Origin: Phycisphaerae bacterium
Lineage (GTDB): Bacteria > Planctomycetota > Phycisphaerae > Sedimentisphaerales > Anaerohalosphaeraceae
DNA length: 64,000 bases
Direction of reading: 5' to 3'
Assembly (NCBI GenBank): GCA_018052735.1
Contig: JAGPMT010000004.1
Location: forward strand, 96,558 to 160,557
Shown here: positions 28,401-38,424 of the stretch, piece by piece
Layout of the letters: the number at the start of each line of letters is the position of its first letter
How positions within the stretch are numbered: the stretch's first letter is position 1
The notes under the pieces: generated by a model
The model's database searches: none
What the model was told of the DNA's origin: nothing
What the model saw: only the letters and a program-made list of their open reading frames with translations
Translations under genes and position numbers: made by a program

Positions 28401-31400
28401 AACCGGAGAAAATATCATAATGGCGGATGGCTTCTGTGACGGTATGGTAGCGGTACCATTCATCACAATCCAGATAGCGGCGGATAAAATCTGCGGAGGC
28501 CTGGTAATTCAGATTCCACCGTATATTTTCATAGTCCGAACTGTCGGCCACCGCATTTTCCCCTTGATAGCGAAGCTGGCGGGCGCCGTCATATATCTTA
28601 TCCGACAGTTTATACAGATTTGCTTTCGGCAGATTGAGCCGTTCCAGAAAGGCGCCGTCGTAATTTTCGAATGCTAAATAAAGCCCCCAGAAGTCTCCCT
28701 CATATTGTCCCTGTGTTCCCGCCGGTGCCTCTTCTAATCCATCGACGACGCGGAAGTGAATCCAGTAGGTTTCCGGGGCAGGCACACCAGCGATATTAAA
28801 CAGCAGCATATCCATCACTTCATTGAGGCCGTAAGGATATTTACGGTATTCTGTTATTTTATTTCCGAACATTTTGCCTGTGTTGAGATGCTGCCATTTC
28901 GAAGGAAATGGATTGCCGTACAGGTCTTTGGCCTGAAAATAATTGCCGCGATTAAAGCGGAATTTCATGGAGCGTTTGCCCCCAAGACCGTAATTGTAAC
29001 GGCCGTTGCCGCCCCGCAAACGATAGCCGATATGGTCATAGACCTTGCCCTCATAGACAAAGGCGCCTTCCCAGTTATAGACCCTGCCGGCATCCTGTGT
29101 TTTAACATCTGTTGTCCCCTGATCGATTCGATCGGCGGCGTTGTAGCCATTGCATTGATATAAATCCGCTGCACGCGTAATCAGCGTATAAACGGGTATA
29201 GACGTAAGAATATCTGAACTATAGGAATGGCCGACACCATCAGGATGTACCGAAGCGTGTGTCGTGGTATAATCCGGCACACCGTCATATATAAAACAAG
29301 CAAAATTAAGAGAAGGATCATCGGCATACGGCACGCGGATGGAATTGTCGTTCTGGTCCCACGCCTCAATGCGGTACCGAAGCAGGACTCGGTTGGACTG
29401 GGGCGACAAACGACAGGTATAAATATTATCGCCGGCAACTGCATCACCAAACAAGCCGTTATCCATCATCAGCACAGTAATCCAAGAATTCTCAAATTCC
29501 GGATTTAACGGCTGAGGCTGGTAGGGATCGGCTATCAGGGATGAAATCGGAATTGGCAGATAGGCGGGAATATAGGAGCCGGGCGATACCAGCTGATAGT
29601 TTAAATAAACTCTCTTAACGCCGTCCGGGTCTGAAATTTTGGCGGTGATTAGAATCGGTTCTGTTGACCGCGGCTGCTGGGGAGTATGGCGAACCTGACG
29701 AATCTGGGGAGGAGCGTTGAGGGCATAGACGCTGTTTCGGCGTCCGGGGGTTGGTGAGCCGTACGACAATTCAGGACGTCCTGCCTCATTGTAGCCGGAG
29801 CTGCGCCAGCTTCCTGCCAAGTCATTATCCAGCGACGGATGAATCAGCTCCATTGAAGCGCCTTCGCCGCCAGCAGCAATCGGCCAAGGAAATTCGCTGT
29901 CGTAATTGACTTCGTCAATGATAAGGCCGGTCGGGTTTCGCAGAACAAGACGCTCGCCTTCATTGCTCAGCTTGCCTTCAAACGGCCCATAAGCCGGCAG
30001 GCCAAACTTGATCTGAAATGCCTCGGGATTTTCACTAACAACAATATAGGCACCGGGATGCATCACCGGCACATTGCGGAAGGTATATTTAACGGCCCCA
30101 TCAAGACGCCAGCCGTTTAAATCTACTGACATAGCAGAAGCGTTGTATAATTCGACAAATTCGACAGGTTCCTTGTTGCTGTCTGGATGGTAGTGGATTT
30201 CATTGATAACCACTTGCGGATAACGCGAATCAAGCCAGTTATCGGCTAAAACTGTAAGGTCCGCAGTATCAACCCAACGGTTTTGGTCCCAATCCGGGCA
30301 ATCAAAGGCACTGCAGTCTATATTGCTCATCCAGTATGAACTGAACAATGCGGCATCCTGCAGATTTACCTGACAGTCGCCATCTAAATCGCCGCCCAAA
30401 CAGGATGCGGGCTTTTCCATTGTGGTAAATGTCCAGACATCGCCGATAATTGTCTCAGAAGGATAGATCTCATCAATCCGCCAATAATAAACCGTTTCAA
30501 AGTCGAGCTTCGGCAGCGAATAGGATGTCAGCGGATAATTCATCTCAAGCGTACTCAAAGCCGCCGGCGAAGTACCCCACAGAATTTGATGACCGACAGC
30601 GCCGGCTCCTGACTGCCAATGCAGTGTTACTCCTTCTGTTCCAACTCCCTGAACACCGTTTGAAGGAAACGGGGTATGGGCTTTCAAATTGACAGTACGG
30701 AAATTCCAGACCGGCCCGCTGAACACATAGCCGCTGACTGTAACCTCTTCTATTCGCCAGAAATAGGTTTGATCCATCATCAGTGCAGCGGCTGGAGTAT
30801 AGTTTTCGCTGCCGGCGGGTCTAACACCTTGGAAAATCCCCGCTGATTCAGGTGTGGCCTTCAGAACACTTTGGTAGTCCGTTCCTAAATAGACGCGATG
30901 ACCGGTGATATCGGCTGATGTGTCCGACTGCCATGTCAATACCGGCGTCAATCCGCCGGAAATTCCGCCGCTGTACGGCTGGGGATTAGATGGTGCCGCG
31001 TATGCTGCAATCGGGGCATCGGGGCCGGCTTGGTAACTGGCCAGCAGCATTGCATCACTCAGCGCGATGTCATAGATACGAAACTCATTGTAACTGCCGT
31101 TAAATGCCGGGTCCGGCCACTGGGACCGTCCCAGCCAGTTATTGACATCTTTCAACTGGGATAACGTAAACAAAAGCGGACCGCTGGCTACCCGCTGGCC
31201 ATTATAATACATCCGTACTTGACCGGCTACATCATCCCAGACAATGGCTACATGCACCTGCTGGTTGACCGGCAATGCAGCAGAATCGATGGTCAATTCA
31301 ACAGGTGTCCCCAATTCGATGCCGTTACGGTGACCAAAACGGTACGTTCCGCCGCCGGAATACGGAGTCAGGAAAAAATACCCTGAATTGGCGGAGTTGA

Positions 31401-31788
31401 CAGATTGGTTTTCGCCGGCATCACTGATTCCAATGTCAAAAATCCTTTGCCAAGCGGAATTGGATGGGCCGTACCAAGTAACCCAAGCTTCCAGCGTTAC
31501 TGCCGGGCTGATTGAGGAAATAATGCCATTGGGCAAATCAACATAATTGATGGTAGAGCTGCTTGAATTGGGAAGTTCAGAATTACCCATTTCAAGCGTC
31601 GTACTGGTAAAGTAGGCATCGGCTCCATTATTGACAAGCACACCATGGGCATTGCCGATAGAATCGTTTGCATTTCCTGAAAAACTGTATCGATGAATCA
31701 TCCCTCCATAGGCCGCTATGGAGAGCATACTTAAAATACCTGCGATTAACCTATGTAAAACCGGCTTGCTGCTTCTCATGCTCGTCAT
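25429..31788 (-). CDS. Giant secreted multidomain protein: LamG-like, 2 x YxWRI[DE]E modules, dockerin-like, 4 lamin-tail domains (LTD), CotH kinase-like domain, galactose-binding-like domain
   Basis: Start placed at ATG 31788 (MTSMRSSKPVLHRLIAGILSMLSIAAYG). LTD signatures VVINEIHYHPD..EFVELYN (~29818-30216), LRITEVMYNP..FEFIELKN (~26518-26940), LLINEFMAHTD..DWIELYN (~25993-26406), IIISEIMYHPQ..EYIELYN (~25483-25962). Dockerin-like GGDLDGDCQVNLQDAALF (~30223-30399). The CotH-like region is ~27988-29205. Confidence 0.8.
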   Translation of the reverse strand: MTSMRSSKPVLHRLIAGILSMLSIAAYGGMIHRYSFSGNANDSIGNAHGVLVNNGADAYFTSTTLEMGNSELPNSSSSTINYVDLPNGIISSISPAVTLEAWVTWYGPSNSAWQRIFDIGISDAGENQSVNSANSGYFFLTPYSGGGTYRFGHRNGIELGTPVELTIDSAALPVNQQVHVAIVWDDVAGQVRMYYNGQRVASGPLLFTLSQLKDVNNWLGRSQWPDPAFNGSYNEFRIYDIALSDAMLLASYQAGPDAPIAAYAAPSNPQPYSGGISGGLTPVLTWQSDTSADITGHRVYLGTDYQSVLKATPESAGIFQGVRPAGSENYTPAAALMMDQTYFWRIEEVTVSGYVFSGPVWNFRTVNLKAHTPFPSNGVQGVGTEGVTLHWQSGAGAVGHQILWGTSPAALSTLEMNYPLTSYSLPKLDFETVYYWRIDEIYPSETIIGDVWTFTTMEKPASCLGGDLDGDCQVNLQDAALFSSYWMSNIDCSAFDCPDWDQNRWVDTADLTVLADNWLDSRYPQVVINEIHYHPDSNKEPVEFVELYNASAMSVDLNGWRLDGAVKYTFRNVPVMHPGAYIVVSENPEAFQIKFGLPAYGPFEGKLSNEGERLVLRNPTGLIIDEVNYDSEFPWPIAAGGEGASMELIHPSLDNDLAGSWRSSGYNEAGRPELSYGSPTPGRRNSVYALNAPPQIRQVRHTPQQPRSTEPILITAKISDPDGVKRVYLNYQLVSPGSYIPAYLPIPISSLIADPYQPQPLNPEFENSWITVLMMDNGLFGDAVAGDNIYTCRLSPQSNRVLLRYRIEAWDQNDNSIRVPYADDPSLNFACFIYDGVPDYTTTHASVHPDGVGHSYSSDILTSIPVYTLITRAADLYQCNGYNAADRIDQGTTDVKTQDAGRVYNWEGAFVYEGKVYDHIGYRLRGGNGRYNYGLGGKRSMKFRFNRGNYFQAKDLYGNPFPSKWQHLNTGKMFGNKITEYRKYPYGLNEVMDMLLFNIAGVPAPETYWIHFRVVDGLEEAPAGTQGQYEGDFWGLYLAFENYDGAFLERLNLPKANLYKLSDKIYDGARQLRYQGENAVADSSDYENIRWNLNYQASADFIRRYLDCDEWYRYHTVTEAIRHYDIFSGSTCIHCLKNCAWYFYPNYSAENPYGQLQFLPFDVDDTWGPYFNYGCDHAKGAIYDQMYDGDHVLRQYTAKPEKAPIKQEYRNYIREFRDLLWQPEVINPLIAELASVIADFVPADRDRWRLVSNSIDNGPLEEGVALMEQFAWSAGTFDGKYYWSGTASNLDTLAGAEGDSTNIPNTPTITYIGTPGYPENDLRFRTSAFSDPQGNGTFAAMKWRIAEYENLGGPSTPTQINLINRGALWRYFKGTQEPSAQTGAWRQIGFDDSQWSEGTAPVGYDTNLVMGTSLNDMRGNYSTIYLRKAFTVADLEKIQSLQFAILRDDGFKLWINGQLALEENVPAQENLPYNTVLESYGLSYIPDETIYKSFEITNPQQYLTAGTNVIAIQVINVSLSGSSDCYADLEVIAKLSAPSEELKKGLSRHKYELQPVWESGELTTFNSDIQIPADGVKPGRTYRVRCKMKDTTGRWSHWSAPIEFVAGEPIGSEIRDYLRITEVMYNPAAANPARNELNVDNNEFEFIELKNCSVDKILDLSAVSFTSGVTFSFAGSAVTTLNPGQFVLVVKNAAAFDSRYPGLSSRIAGTYTGSLSNSGEVIKLEDTWNGTLAEFEYNDGRGWPIAADGTGHSLVPLPNAIVVGRPSSTLNYGGNWRQSAYIGGSPAADDPSLPAGLLINEFMAHTDFSDQNYPGYDSNDWIELYNAGNSMSLDGNWYLSDDGNNLKKWPLPVRSVLSGQFISFDEVTGFHSPLSTGFGLDKAGEQIFLSYLPGVPNADRIVDCIKFKGQENGFSYGRYPDAGPYWLAMQPSRNAPNIQPLPSIIISEIMYHPQNGTNQDEYIELYNPTDTAIELQTSAGPWALDGAVNFQFSPSIQLPAQTKIVIVGFDPAADAQRLNAFKAVYNNTDLVAGVNIFGPWTGDLSNAGERLTLEKPQDSDDPLVPTAISWIIVDECIYGDAWPWPAEPDGTGMALGRITITGSGNNPASWGEIEPSPGQ

Positions 31789-32041
31789 CACCCCTATACC
31801 CTTAAACAAAATATAACTCTTTTTGTTTCCAATTAATATAATACAGAATATATAGAATCTTCTTTGTTTGTTTCGAATCGAATACAAACACCCTGCCGCT
31901 TAAAGCACAGATAAAGCATTCTACCTCTCTAGTTATGCTTTTACCCCCATATGCCGAAATTACAAGGTATCATTGTTATTATATCCATTACTGTTATGGA
32001 AATCAATTTCATTTACCATTTTAGACTTAAAATACGCATTT

Positions 32042-33058
32042 TTATTGAAAAATCCTGCAATTATGAAGCGATATAAATACCATTTGCCCGACGGTTATAT
32101 TCAGACGTTTGTAAATCTGCCGGGTAATCTCTGCCTGAATAGATTCATTTGTATCAAGACGTGCAAGCTCGACTTTTACGGTCGGTCCTACAGCGGCTAC
32201 ATGAAGAATCCTTGCTTGAATTGAACCTGTATCAAGGGCGGTTTTTGAGATTTCAATATCGTGAGGCCTGATATAAGAAGCTGTTGCAGAAGGTTGAGTC
32301 GATTGACTGCCAAACGGGCTTCGTAGAATATTCACATCCCCTAAAAAACTGAAAACAAATGGATTAGCGGGATTATCGTAAACTTCTTCCGGTTTGCCTA
32401 TCTGCTCGATCCGACCGGCATTCATCACCACAATCCGATCAGCCAGTTCAAGCGCTTCTTCCTGATCATGGGTAACAAAAACGCTGGTTATGGACATTTC
32501 ATCATGAAGCCGGCGAAGCCAATGCCGGAGCTCTTTTCGAACTTTGGTATCCAGCGCCCCGAACGGCTCATCCAGCAAAAGAATTTTCGGCTCTACGGCC
32601 AGCGAACGAACCAGCGCGACCCGCTGACGCTGCCCGCCGGAAAGCTGCGAGGGATAAAGGTCTGCATGACGTTCCAACTGGACTAATTTCAGGAGGGAAA
32701 AAACGCGTTCCCTAATTTGGGACTTGCTGAGCCGATACCTCCGCGGCCGCACATTCAAGCCAAATGCAACATTCTCAAAAATAGTCATATGCCGAAACAG
32801 AGAATAATGCTGAAATACAAATCCCACCCGCCGCTGTCGCACACTTTGACTGCTGACATCGTCCTCATAAAATAAAACCGGCCCGCTGCCCGGATCCGGC
32901 GACTCCAGACCGGCGATAATTCGCAGCAGTGTGGTTTTGCCGCAGCCGGACGGGCCGAGCAAGGCCACCAGCTCTCCATGACTGACAGTTAAACTGACAT
33001 TTTGGAGGGCCTTAAATGTTCCAAAAGTCTTGCTGATATTGGTAATTTGAATACTCAT
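32042..33058 (-). CDS. cysA: Sulfate/thiosulfate ABC transporter ATP-binding protein
   Basis: Walker [10 protein letters not shown], signature LSGGQRQR, Walker B LLLDEP. ATG 33058 overlaps the cysW stop (ATGA). The longer track ORF was rejected. Confidence 0.9.
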   Translation of the reverse strand: MSIQITNISKTFGTFKALQNVSLTVSHGELVALLGPSGCGKTTLLRIIAGLESPDPGSGPVLFYEDDVSSQSVRQRRVGFVFQHYSLFRHMTIFENVAFGLNVRPRRYRLSKSQIRERVFSLLKLVQLERHADLYPSQLSGGQRQRVALVRSLAVEPKILLLDEPFGALDTKVRKELRHWLRRLHDEMSITSVFVTHDQEEALELADRIVVMNAGRIEQIGKPEEVYDNPANPFVFSFLGDVNILRSPFGSQSTQPSATASYIRPHDIEISKTALDTGSIQARILHVAAVGPTVKVELARLDTNESIQAEITRQIYKRLNITVGQMVFISLHNCRIFQ

Positions 33059-33894
33059 TCGATACCTCCGATGACCGCGGCGGCTTGTTCGTTTCTGGTT
33101 TTCCATTCTACCAGCGACTTCACGGCAAGCGTCAGCAAGGCCAGCAGCGTCAGCAGAGAAGCCATAGCAAACGCACCCACAAAATTATACTCGTTATAGA
33201 GAATTTCAATGTGCAGCGGGATCGTAGTCGTCTGACCGCGTATATGGCCGGAAACTACCGAAACTGCCCCGAATTCCCCAATTGCACGGGCATTGCACAG
33301 AATAATGCCGTATAGCAGGCCCCATTTGATATTGGGCAGGGTAATACGGCGGAAGATCTGCCATCCCCCTGCTCCCAGCACCATAGCCGCTTGTTCTTCC
33401 TCTGTACCCTGAGACTGCATCAGCGGAATGAGTTCTCGTGCAATAAATGGAAACGTTACAAACATCGTTGCCATAATAATGCCGGGCGCTGCAAATATTA
33501 TCTTGATATCGTGTTCCAAGAGCCATGGTCCCAGCCATCCGCGAGCACCAAACAGCAAAACAAATAGAAGTCCGGAAACAACCGGTGAAACAGCAAATGG
33601 CAGATCAATCAGCGTCAGCAGAAGACCTTTGCCGCGAAAGTCGAATTTGGCGATGGCCCAGGCCGCTGCAAGGCCAAAGATGAGGTTAAACGGAACAGCT
33701 GTCAGTACAACCAGCAGGGTCAGACAGACAGCCGATCGTGCATAGGGATCGGCAAATGTCTGAAAATAGGGACCTATTCCTTTGCGAAACGCTTCGATGA
33801 AAACCGCTGCCAGCGGCAGCAGTAAAAACAAGCCCAAAAACGCAAGTGCAGCTGCAGTCAGCACTATCGGGATCCAAGGTAATTTATTTTTCAT
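33055..33894 (-). CDS. cysW: Sulfate ABC transporter permease CysW
   Basis: 279-aa polytopic permease with the EAA-type loop ([15 protein letters not shown]). ATGA overlap with cysT. Confidence 0.88.
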   Translation of the reverse strand: MKNKLPWIPIVLTAAALAFLGLFLLLPLAAVFIEAFRKGIGPYFQTFADPYARSAVCLTLLVVLTAVPFNLIFGLAAAWAIAKFDFRGKGLLLTLIDLPFAVSPVVSGLLFVLLFGARGWLGPWLLEHDIKIIFAAPGIIMATMFVTFPFIARELIPLMQSQGTEEEQAAMVLGAGGWQIFRRITLPNIKWGLLYGIILCNARAIGEFGAVSVVSGHIRGQTTTIPLHIEILYNEYNFVGAFAMASLLTLLALLTLAVKSLVEWKTRNEQAAAVIGGIE

Positions 33895-34727
33895 TTGGCC
33901 TCCGTTTGCCTGCTCTGCAGCATCCAGCGCTGCATAAGATTGATCGTCAAGAGAAGCACAAACGACAGCAGCAGCATTCCGGCAGCAATGGCTATGGCAC
34001 CTTCATAGTCATACTGCTCCAGTTTTGTGATAATCAGCAGCGGCGCAATTTCCGTTTTCATCGGCATATTTCCTGAAATGAACACAACTGAACCGTACTC
34101 GCCGATGGCACGGGCAAAAGCCAGCGCAAAGCCCGTCAGCAGCGATGGAAGCAGTTCGGGGAAAATAACGCGTCTAAATGTCTGAAAAGGAGTTGCACCG
34201 AGACTTGCCGCCGCCTCTTCTAATTCCTTCCCAATATCTTCAAGAACCGGCTGAACCGTGCGGACAACAAAGGGCAGTCCGACAAAGGTCATAGCGATAA
34301 CAATGCCCAGCGGAGTAAAGGCCGCTTGTATGCCCAGCGGCTCCAGCAGGCGTCCGATCCAGCCGGTTGGAGCATAAAGGGTTGTTAACGTAATGCCGGC
34401 TACAGCGGTCGGAAGCGCAAAAGGCAAATCGACCATGGCATCGAATAATTTTCGACCGGGAAAACGATACCGCACCAACACCCATGCGGTCAAAAGGCCG
34501 AACACCGCATTGACCGCAGCGGCCGCAAACGATGTAGTGAAACTTAACCGGTAGGAAGCCAGCACACGCGGGGAGGTCATCGCCGCCCAGAGCTGATGAG
34601 GTTCCATTCGGACGGCAGAAATAACTAAGGCTGATAGCGGAATCAGTACAATCAAGCACAAATACAGTGCCGAATAGCCCAGAGTCAGCCCAAAACCGGG
34701 CAGCACATTTTTAGGTTTATACTGCAT
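33891..34727 (-). CDS. cysT: Sulfate ABC transporter permease CysT
   Basis: 278 aa. [16 protein letters not shown] loop. A paralogue of cysW. Confidence 0.88.
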   Translation of the reverse strand: MQYKPKNVLPGFGLTLGYSALYLCLIVLIPLSALVISAVRMEPHQLWAAMTSPRVLASYRLSFTTSFAAAAVNAVFGLLTAWVLVRYRFPGRKLFDAMVDLPFALPTAVAGITLTTLYAPTGWIGRLLEPLGIQAAFTPLGIVIAMTFVGLPFVVRTVQPVLEDIGKELEEAAASLGATPFQTFRRVIFPELLPSLLTGFALAFARAIGEYGSVVFISGNMPMKTEIAPLLIITKLEQYDYEGAIAIAAGMLLLSFVLLLTINLMQRWMLQSRQTEAK

Positions 34728-34788
34728 CTTTATTGTTTAGAAACCGGCTTATTCACCCCTCTTCCTTGGGCAGCCGCCGAACCGCTGT

Positions 34789-35835
34789 TTATTTAACTCC
34801 ATAAATCTGATCAAACACACCACCATCATTGAAATGCCGTTCCTGAGCGGCCTGCCATCCTCCAAACACCTCATCAATAGTAAATAGTTTGATTTCAGGG
34901 AAGAGGTTCTTGTATTTTTGTGCAACCGTTTTCATTTGCGGCCGATAAAAGTGCTTGGCAGCTATTTCCTGCCCCTGTTCTGAATAAAGATATTCCAGAT
35001 AGGCCTGAGCAACCGCCAGAGTGCCCTTGCGCTGGGCAACTTTATCAACCACCGCAACGGGGGGTTCAGCCAATATGCTCAAAGAGGGTATTACCATCTC
35101 AAATTTGTCTGCTCCAAACTCTTTGATAGCCAGGAAGGCCTCGTTTTCCCAAGATAGGAAAACATCCCCAATGTTTCTCTGAACAAAGGTTGTTGTAGAA
35201 CTCCGCGCGCCGGAATCCAGCACCGGTACATTTTTATAAATTTTGCTGACAAAATCCCGAGCATATGCGTCTGCTTTAGATGCATTCTCCTCATCGGGAT
35301 GAGCAGCCCGATACTTTGCAAGAGCATATCCCCAAGCAGCCAAGTAGTTCCAGCGTGCTCCGCCGGATGTTTTGGGATTGGGTGTGATAACGGAGATATC
35401 CGAGCGGGTCAGATCGTCCCAGTCTTTGACATTTTTCGGATTTCCCTTACGCACAAGAAATACAATGGTCGAGGTATAAGGTGAACTGTTATTCGGGAGG
35501 CGAGATTTCCATTGCTTATCAATCAGGTTCCCTTTATCCGCAATAGCATCTATATCATATGCCAGCGCCAGTGTTACAACATCGGCCGGCAGTCCGTCAA
35601 TAACAGCGCGCGCTTGTTTGCCTGAACCGCCATGGGATTGCTGAATAATGACTGTATCTTGGGTTTTAACTTTCCAATAGTCGGCAAAGGCCTTGTTATA
35701 TTCCTGATACAGCTCGCGCGTTGGATCGTATGAAACATTCAGGATAGTAATTTCCTTTGAAAACGCCCAATTTCCGATACCCAGAATCATCATCCATAAT
35801 ACAGATATGAGATATGTTTTTTTGTTGATTTTCAT
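34789..35835 (-). CDS. sbp: Sulfate-binding periplasmic protein (Sbp/CysP)
   Basis: Start moved to ATG 35835 ([19 protein letters not shown] signal). [16 protein letters not shown] and [18 protein letters not shown] are classic sulfate-binding protein motifs. Confidence 0.88.
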   Translation of the reverse strand: MKINKKTYLISVLWMMILGIGNWAFSKEITILNVSYDPTRELYQEYNKAFADYWKVKTQDTVIIQQSHGGSGKQARAVIDGLPADVVTLALAYDIDAIADKGNLIDKQWKSRLPNNSSPYTSTIVFLVRKGNPKNVKDWDDLTRSDISVITPNPKTSGGARWNYLAAWGYALAKYRAAHPDEENASKADAYARDFVSKIYKNVPVLDSGARSSTTTFVQRNIGDVFLSWENEAFLAIKEFGADKFEMVIPSLSILAEPPVAVVDKVAQRKGTLAVAQAYLEYLYSEQGQEIAAKHFYRPQMKTVAQKYKNLFPEIKLFTIDEVFGGWQAAQERHFNDGGVFDQIYGVK

Positions 35836-35875
35836 AGTAAAATCCCTCCTATCAATTCCATATTCAATCTCACCG

Positions 35876-37291
35876 TTAAAATTTGATTGTAAAATCCGCA
35901 AGCACGACATCATAATCCGTTGTTTTCCCGCTGCGGGTACGCTTGGCATCCATATATGACAAGCCGATTTGGGTATTGGGAGCCAATTGGTAGCTGAAGC
36001 TGTATTTATGCCCCTTTAAATCAGTCCCCCCGCCACCAAAGGTCGCTTCTGTTAGTACACCAAGAAGAGCATCGGCTTCTATATCCCGATAGTTATAAGC
36101 AAAGGACCAAGTGCCTTTTTGCGCGGCCTTTCCTATGCTTGCTCCAGCCAGCCATGCATTGTTTTGGCCGGACTCCGCACCGGTATTGTGCGCCAAATCG
36201 CCGAAGACACGCAGAGGCAGACTGCCCATAGGCACTCCAATCTCCGCAAATCCCTGAATAATATCAAAGTCGCTGACATAGTAGCCGCCAATAGCCTTAT
36301 TGCCGTAAAACTGGCTGCTGTTGGCACCTAATCCTTCCCTTCCTTTAACATTGCCAAAATCATAATACCCCCCGCCGGCTGTCAGATACTCATCGCTGTG
36401 ACCAAATTGCCATGTGGTGCCGGCCTGAACAGCCCATAAACTGCTGTCGGCTTCCGTCTGGCGTTCTTCGAGCCAGTAGCCTCCAACGGTTCCAAATACC
36501 TTTATAGTACTGGATACGCTGGTACTATAAACACCGGCTATTCCCTCTGGGGTAATATCTGTATCAAACATCAAATCACTGTTGCCAACCATATAATACG
36601 GATTTTTTATCTTGCCGGCATAAATATTCAGTCCCCCAATTCCTGCCGGATGATAATCCACATAGGCCAAATCCAGCCAGATGTTTTTGCTGGAAAAGGC
36701 ATTGTCTAAATCCTGATTATTCGATGTCGGCGATCCTTCCCCCAAGGGGGCTTCGCTGTTGCCGCTGGCTAACCGGAATCCATAAGAAAACTCCTCATTG
36801 ACAGCATTAGTTAATCCAATTCGCGTCTGAATGCGGTTTCTGTTGCGGTCGGCTGTTTTGGAGGCATCGTCTGTCCATTCATAGCGATAGCGAAAATCTC
36901 CGAATATCTGCATTTTCTCAAGCCACTGAGGCACAGCAAAATTCTTTTTTCTCATTTCAAGCCGCTGGTCAACAATCTGCTCAATCTGCTTTCTTTCATC
37001 AGGTTGCCCAGACGAGTTATCCTGCAGAACAACAGCACCCGACGCGATGGTACCTTGCGCTTGCATAAGCCGGTCAAGTTCGGCCTGTGTTTTTGCGAGC
37101 TGTTCCGCAAGATAGGCCGTTCGCTGCCGCTCCATTTCAAGCTGTCTTTCCACATCTATCTGTTTTTGTTCCAGCTGGTTCAGACGTTCCTCCAATGTCT
37201 TGGTATCCTGCGGAGAATCGGCATGAGCCGTACACAAAAAGAGGGTGAAAACAAGGATTAAAAAAGCCAATACGGTACTGTCGTCTTTCAC
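35876..37291 (-). CDS. Outer-membrane porin-like beta-barrel with N-terminal coiled coil
   Basis: GTG start with GGAAAGGA RBS. Signal peptide ...FLCTAHA. A ~70-aa heptad-rich segment ([24 protein letters not shown]...). Alternating aromatic/glycine beta-strand pattern ending in ...DFTIKF (C-terminal Phe). Confidence 0.6.
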   Translation of the reverse strand: MKDDSTVLAFLILVFTLFLCTAHADSPQDTKTLEERLNQLEQKQIDVERQLEMERQRTAYLAEQLAKTQAELDRLMQAQGTIASGAVVLQDNSSGQPDERKQIEQIVDQRLEMRKKNFAVPQWLEKMQIFGDFRYRYEWTDDASKTADRNRNRIQTRIGLTNAVNEEFSYGFRLASGNSEAPLGEGSPTSNNQDLDNAFSSKNIWLDLAYVDYHPAGIGGLNIYAGKIKNPYYMVGNSDLMFDTDITPEGIAGVYSTSVSSTIKVFGTVGGYWLEERQTEADSSLWAVQAGTTWQFGHSDEYLTAGGGYYDFGNVKGREGLGANSSQFYGNKAIGGYYVSDFDIIQGFAEIGVPMGSLPLRVFGDLAHNTGAESGQNNAWLAGASIGKAAQKGTWSFAYNYRDIEADALLGVLTEATFGGGGTDLKGHKYSFSYQLAPNTQIGLSYMDAKRTRSGKTTDYDVVLADFTIKF

Positions 37292-37324
37292 TCTTCAGTC
37301 CTTTCCTTCTTTTTCTTTTGTTTT

Positions 37325-37350
37325 ATAACGACCATTTTAGTCGTATTATA
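37325..37350 (-). promoter_or_regulatory. -10 TATAAT plus palindromic Rrf2-type operator (ACGAC-N7-GTCGT) of the porin-sbp-cysTWA operon
   Basis: The minus strand reads TATAATACGACTAAAATGGTCGTTAT. The GAC-N7-GTC core matches the architecture of IscR/Rrf2 type-1 sites and starts immediately after a consensus -10. Confidence 0.5.
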
Positions 37351-37365
37351 GAAGATAGAACACCT

Positions 37366-37830
37366 CTAAATACCTGCACCATCTGTAAACTGGGCTGCCA
37401 ATGCTTCATCATCCTGAATTAACATGTTCTGAAATACATCCGCCAGGGAAGTATGGTCCAGCCGTTTAGCCGCATAGTTGCGAACATCCAGAAAGAGCGA
37501 GCGAAACCGACAAACAGGCCGCTGATCACAATGTTCATAATGCCTCAAAGAAACGCAGCCAATAGGTGCCAAAACACCATCAAAGTGCCTTATTACCTCT
37601 CCGGCCGTAATTTTGTGGGGCGGCTTAGCTAATATGTACCCCCCCTGCTTGCCCATTGTGCTGGCTACCCACCCTTTGGCTTTCATTTCGAGCATAATAT
37701 GCTCCAGAAACCGTTTGGGGACATTATTGCGGCGGGCAAGCTCACGAATTGGAATGGGGCCTCGCTGATAATGCTCTACCAGAGTAAACAACGCTCGAAA
37801 CGCATAATCGGTTTTCATCGATATTTTCAT
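37366..37830 (-). CDS. Rrf2 family transcriptional regulator (CymR/IscR-like) with three conserved Cys
   Basis: MKISMKTDYAFRALFTL winged-helix N-terminus. The Cys cluster CVSLRHYEHCDQRPVC is a possible Fe-S ligand set. Confidence 0.85.
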   Translation of the reverse strand: MKISMKTDYAFRALFTLVEHYQRGPIPIRELARRNNVPKRFLEHIMLEMKAKGWVASTMGKQGGYILAKPPHKITAGEVIRHFDGVLAPIGCVSLRHYEHCDQRPVCRFRSLFLDVRNYAAKRLDHTSLADVFQNMLIQDDEALAAQFTDGAGI

Positions 37831-37843
37831 CGTTACCGCCTAT

Positions 37844-37891
37844 ATACGACTGAATTAGTAATATATTAGCAAATATGACTGCACCAGTCAA
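37844..37891 (-). promoter_or_regulatory. rrf2 promoter (TTGACT-N17-TAATAT) with overlapping Rrf2-type operator
   Basis: Minus-strand TTGACT at 37891-37886 and TAATAT at 37868-37863, followed directly by ATTACTAATTCAGTCGTAT (TAC-N7-GTC). This is related to the operator at 37325-37349. Confidence 0.5.
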
Positions 37892-37978
37892 TACCTAAAT
37901 GTAAAAAAAGCAATCAGCTGATCTTTACGATAAATACAAAGACAAAATCAGGCATGAAAGAATACAAACGGGTAAATT

Positions 37979-38407
37979 CTATGTCTTTGAAAATAAATGA
38001 GTTACTGTTTTTTTTACCACAAGCTGTTCTCTGTGATAAGCATCGTATCGGCTGTCAGTAGCAATACCAATTACCTCGTAAACTTTCTGGATTTCATTTT
38101 GCGATATAAGGGCAATTGAACAACGAATTTGTACAGGGGATTCATCCACCGTTAAAATCACTGTTTTTTCTAAATCATTCAGTTTGGATTGATGAACAGA
38201 CGCCCAAGTCAAACCGCTCCTGCAGGCATCTTTGGCGTGCTGCTGGAGCTGTTCCATTCGAACCTGATAGCCCAGAATTTTGGAATTTGCCGAAAAAATC
38301 GCCATAGCCATCCCCATCAGGGGGATTAGAACAAAGACAATCATTAAGATAAAACCACTATTTCGCTTCGTATTCATAAGGCCTTTCATTGCTTTGCCGC
38401 TTGGCAC
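37979..38407 (-). CDS. Small N-terminally anchored protein, PilX/GspK-like minor pseudopilin candidate
   Basis: Last gene of the operon. RNSGFILMIVFVLIPLMGMAMAIF resembles PilX_N/GspK anchors, which have no Glu+5. The start is ambiguous (GTG 38407, ATG 38389 or 38377). Confidence 0.45.
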   Translation of the reverse strand: MPSGKAMKGLMNTKRNSGFILMIVFVLIPLMGMAMAIFSANSKILGYQVRMEQLQQHAKDACRSGLTWASVHQSKLNDLEKTVILTVDESPVQIRCSIALISQNEIQKVYEVIGIATDSRYDAYHREQLVVKKTVTHLFSKT

Positions 38408-38424
38408 ATGGATTCAAATTATTA

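Noticed and set aside
31865-31890. Imperfect palindrome GTTTGTTTCGAATCGAATACAAAC upstream of the giant CotH gene, considered as an operator
   Set aside because: It is a single copy with only 6-bp arms and no partner site or adjacent regulator, so it cannot be distinguished from chance.
38402-38417. TGGCAC-N5-TTCAA, a sigma54-promoter-like string
   Set aside because: It lacks the essential -12 GC dinucleotide. It also lies on the plus strand between two minus-strand pseudopilin genes, where it would only drive antisense transcription.
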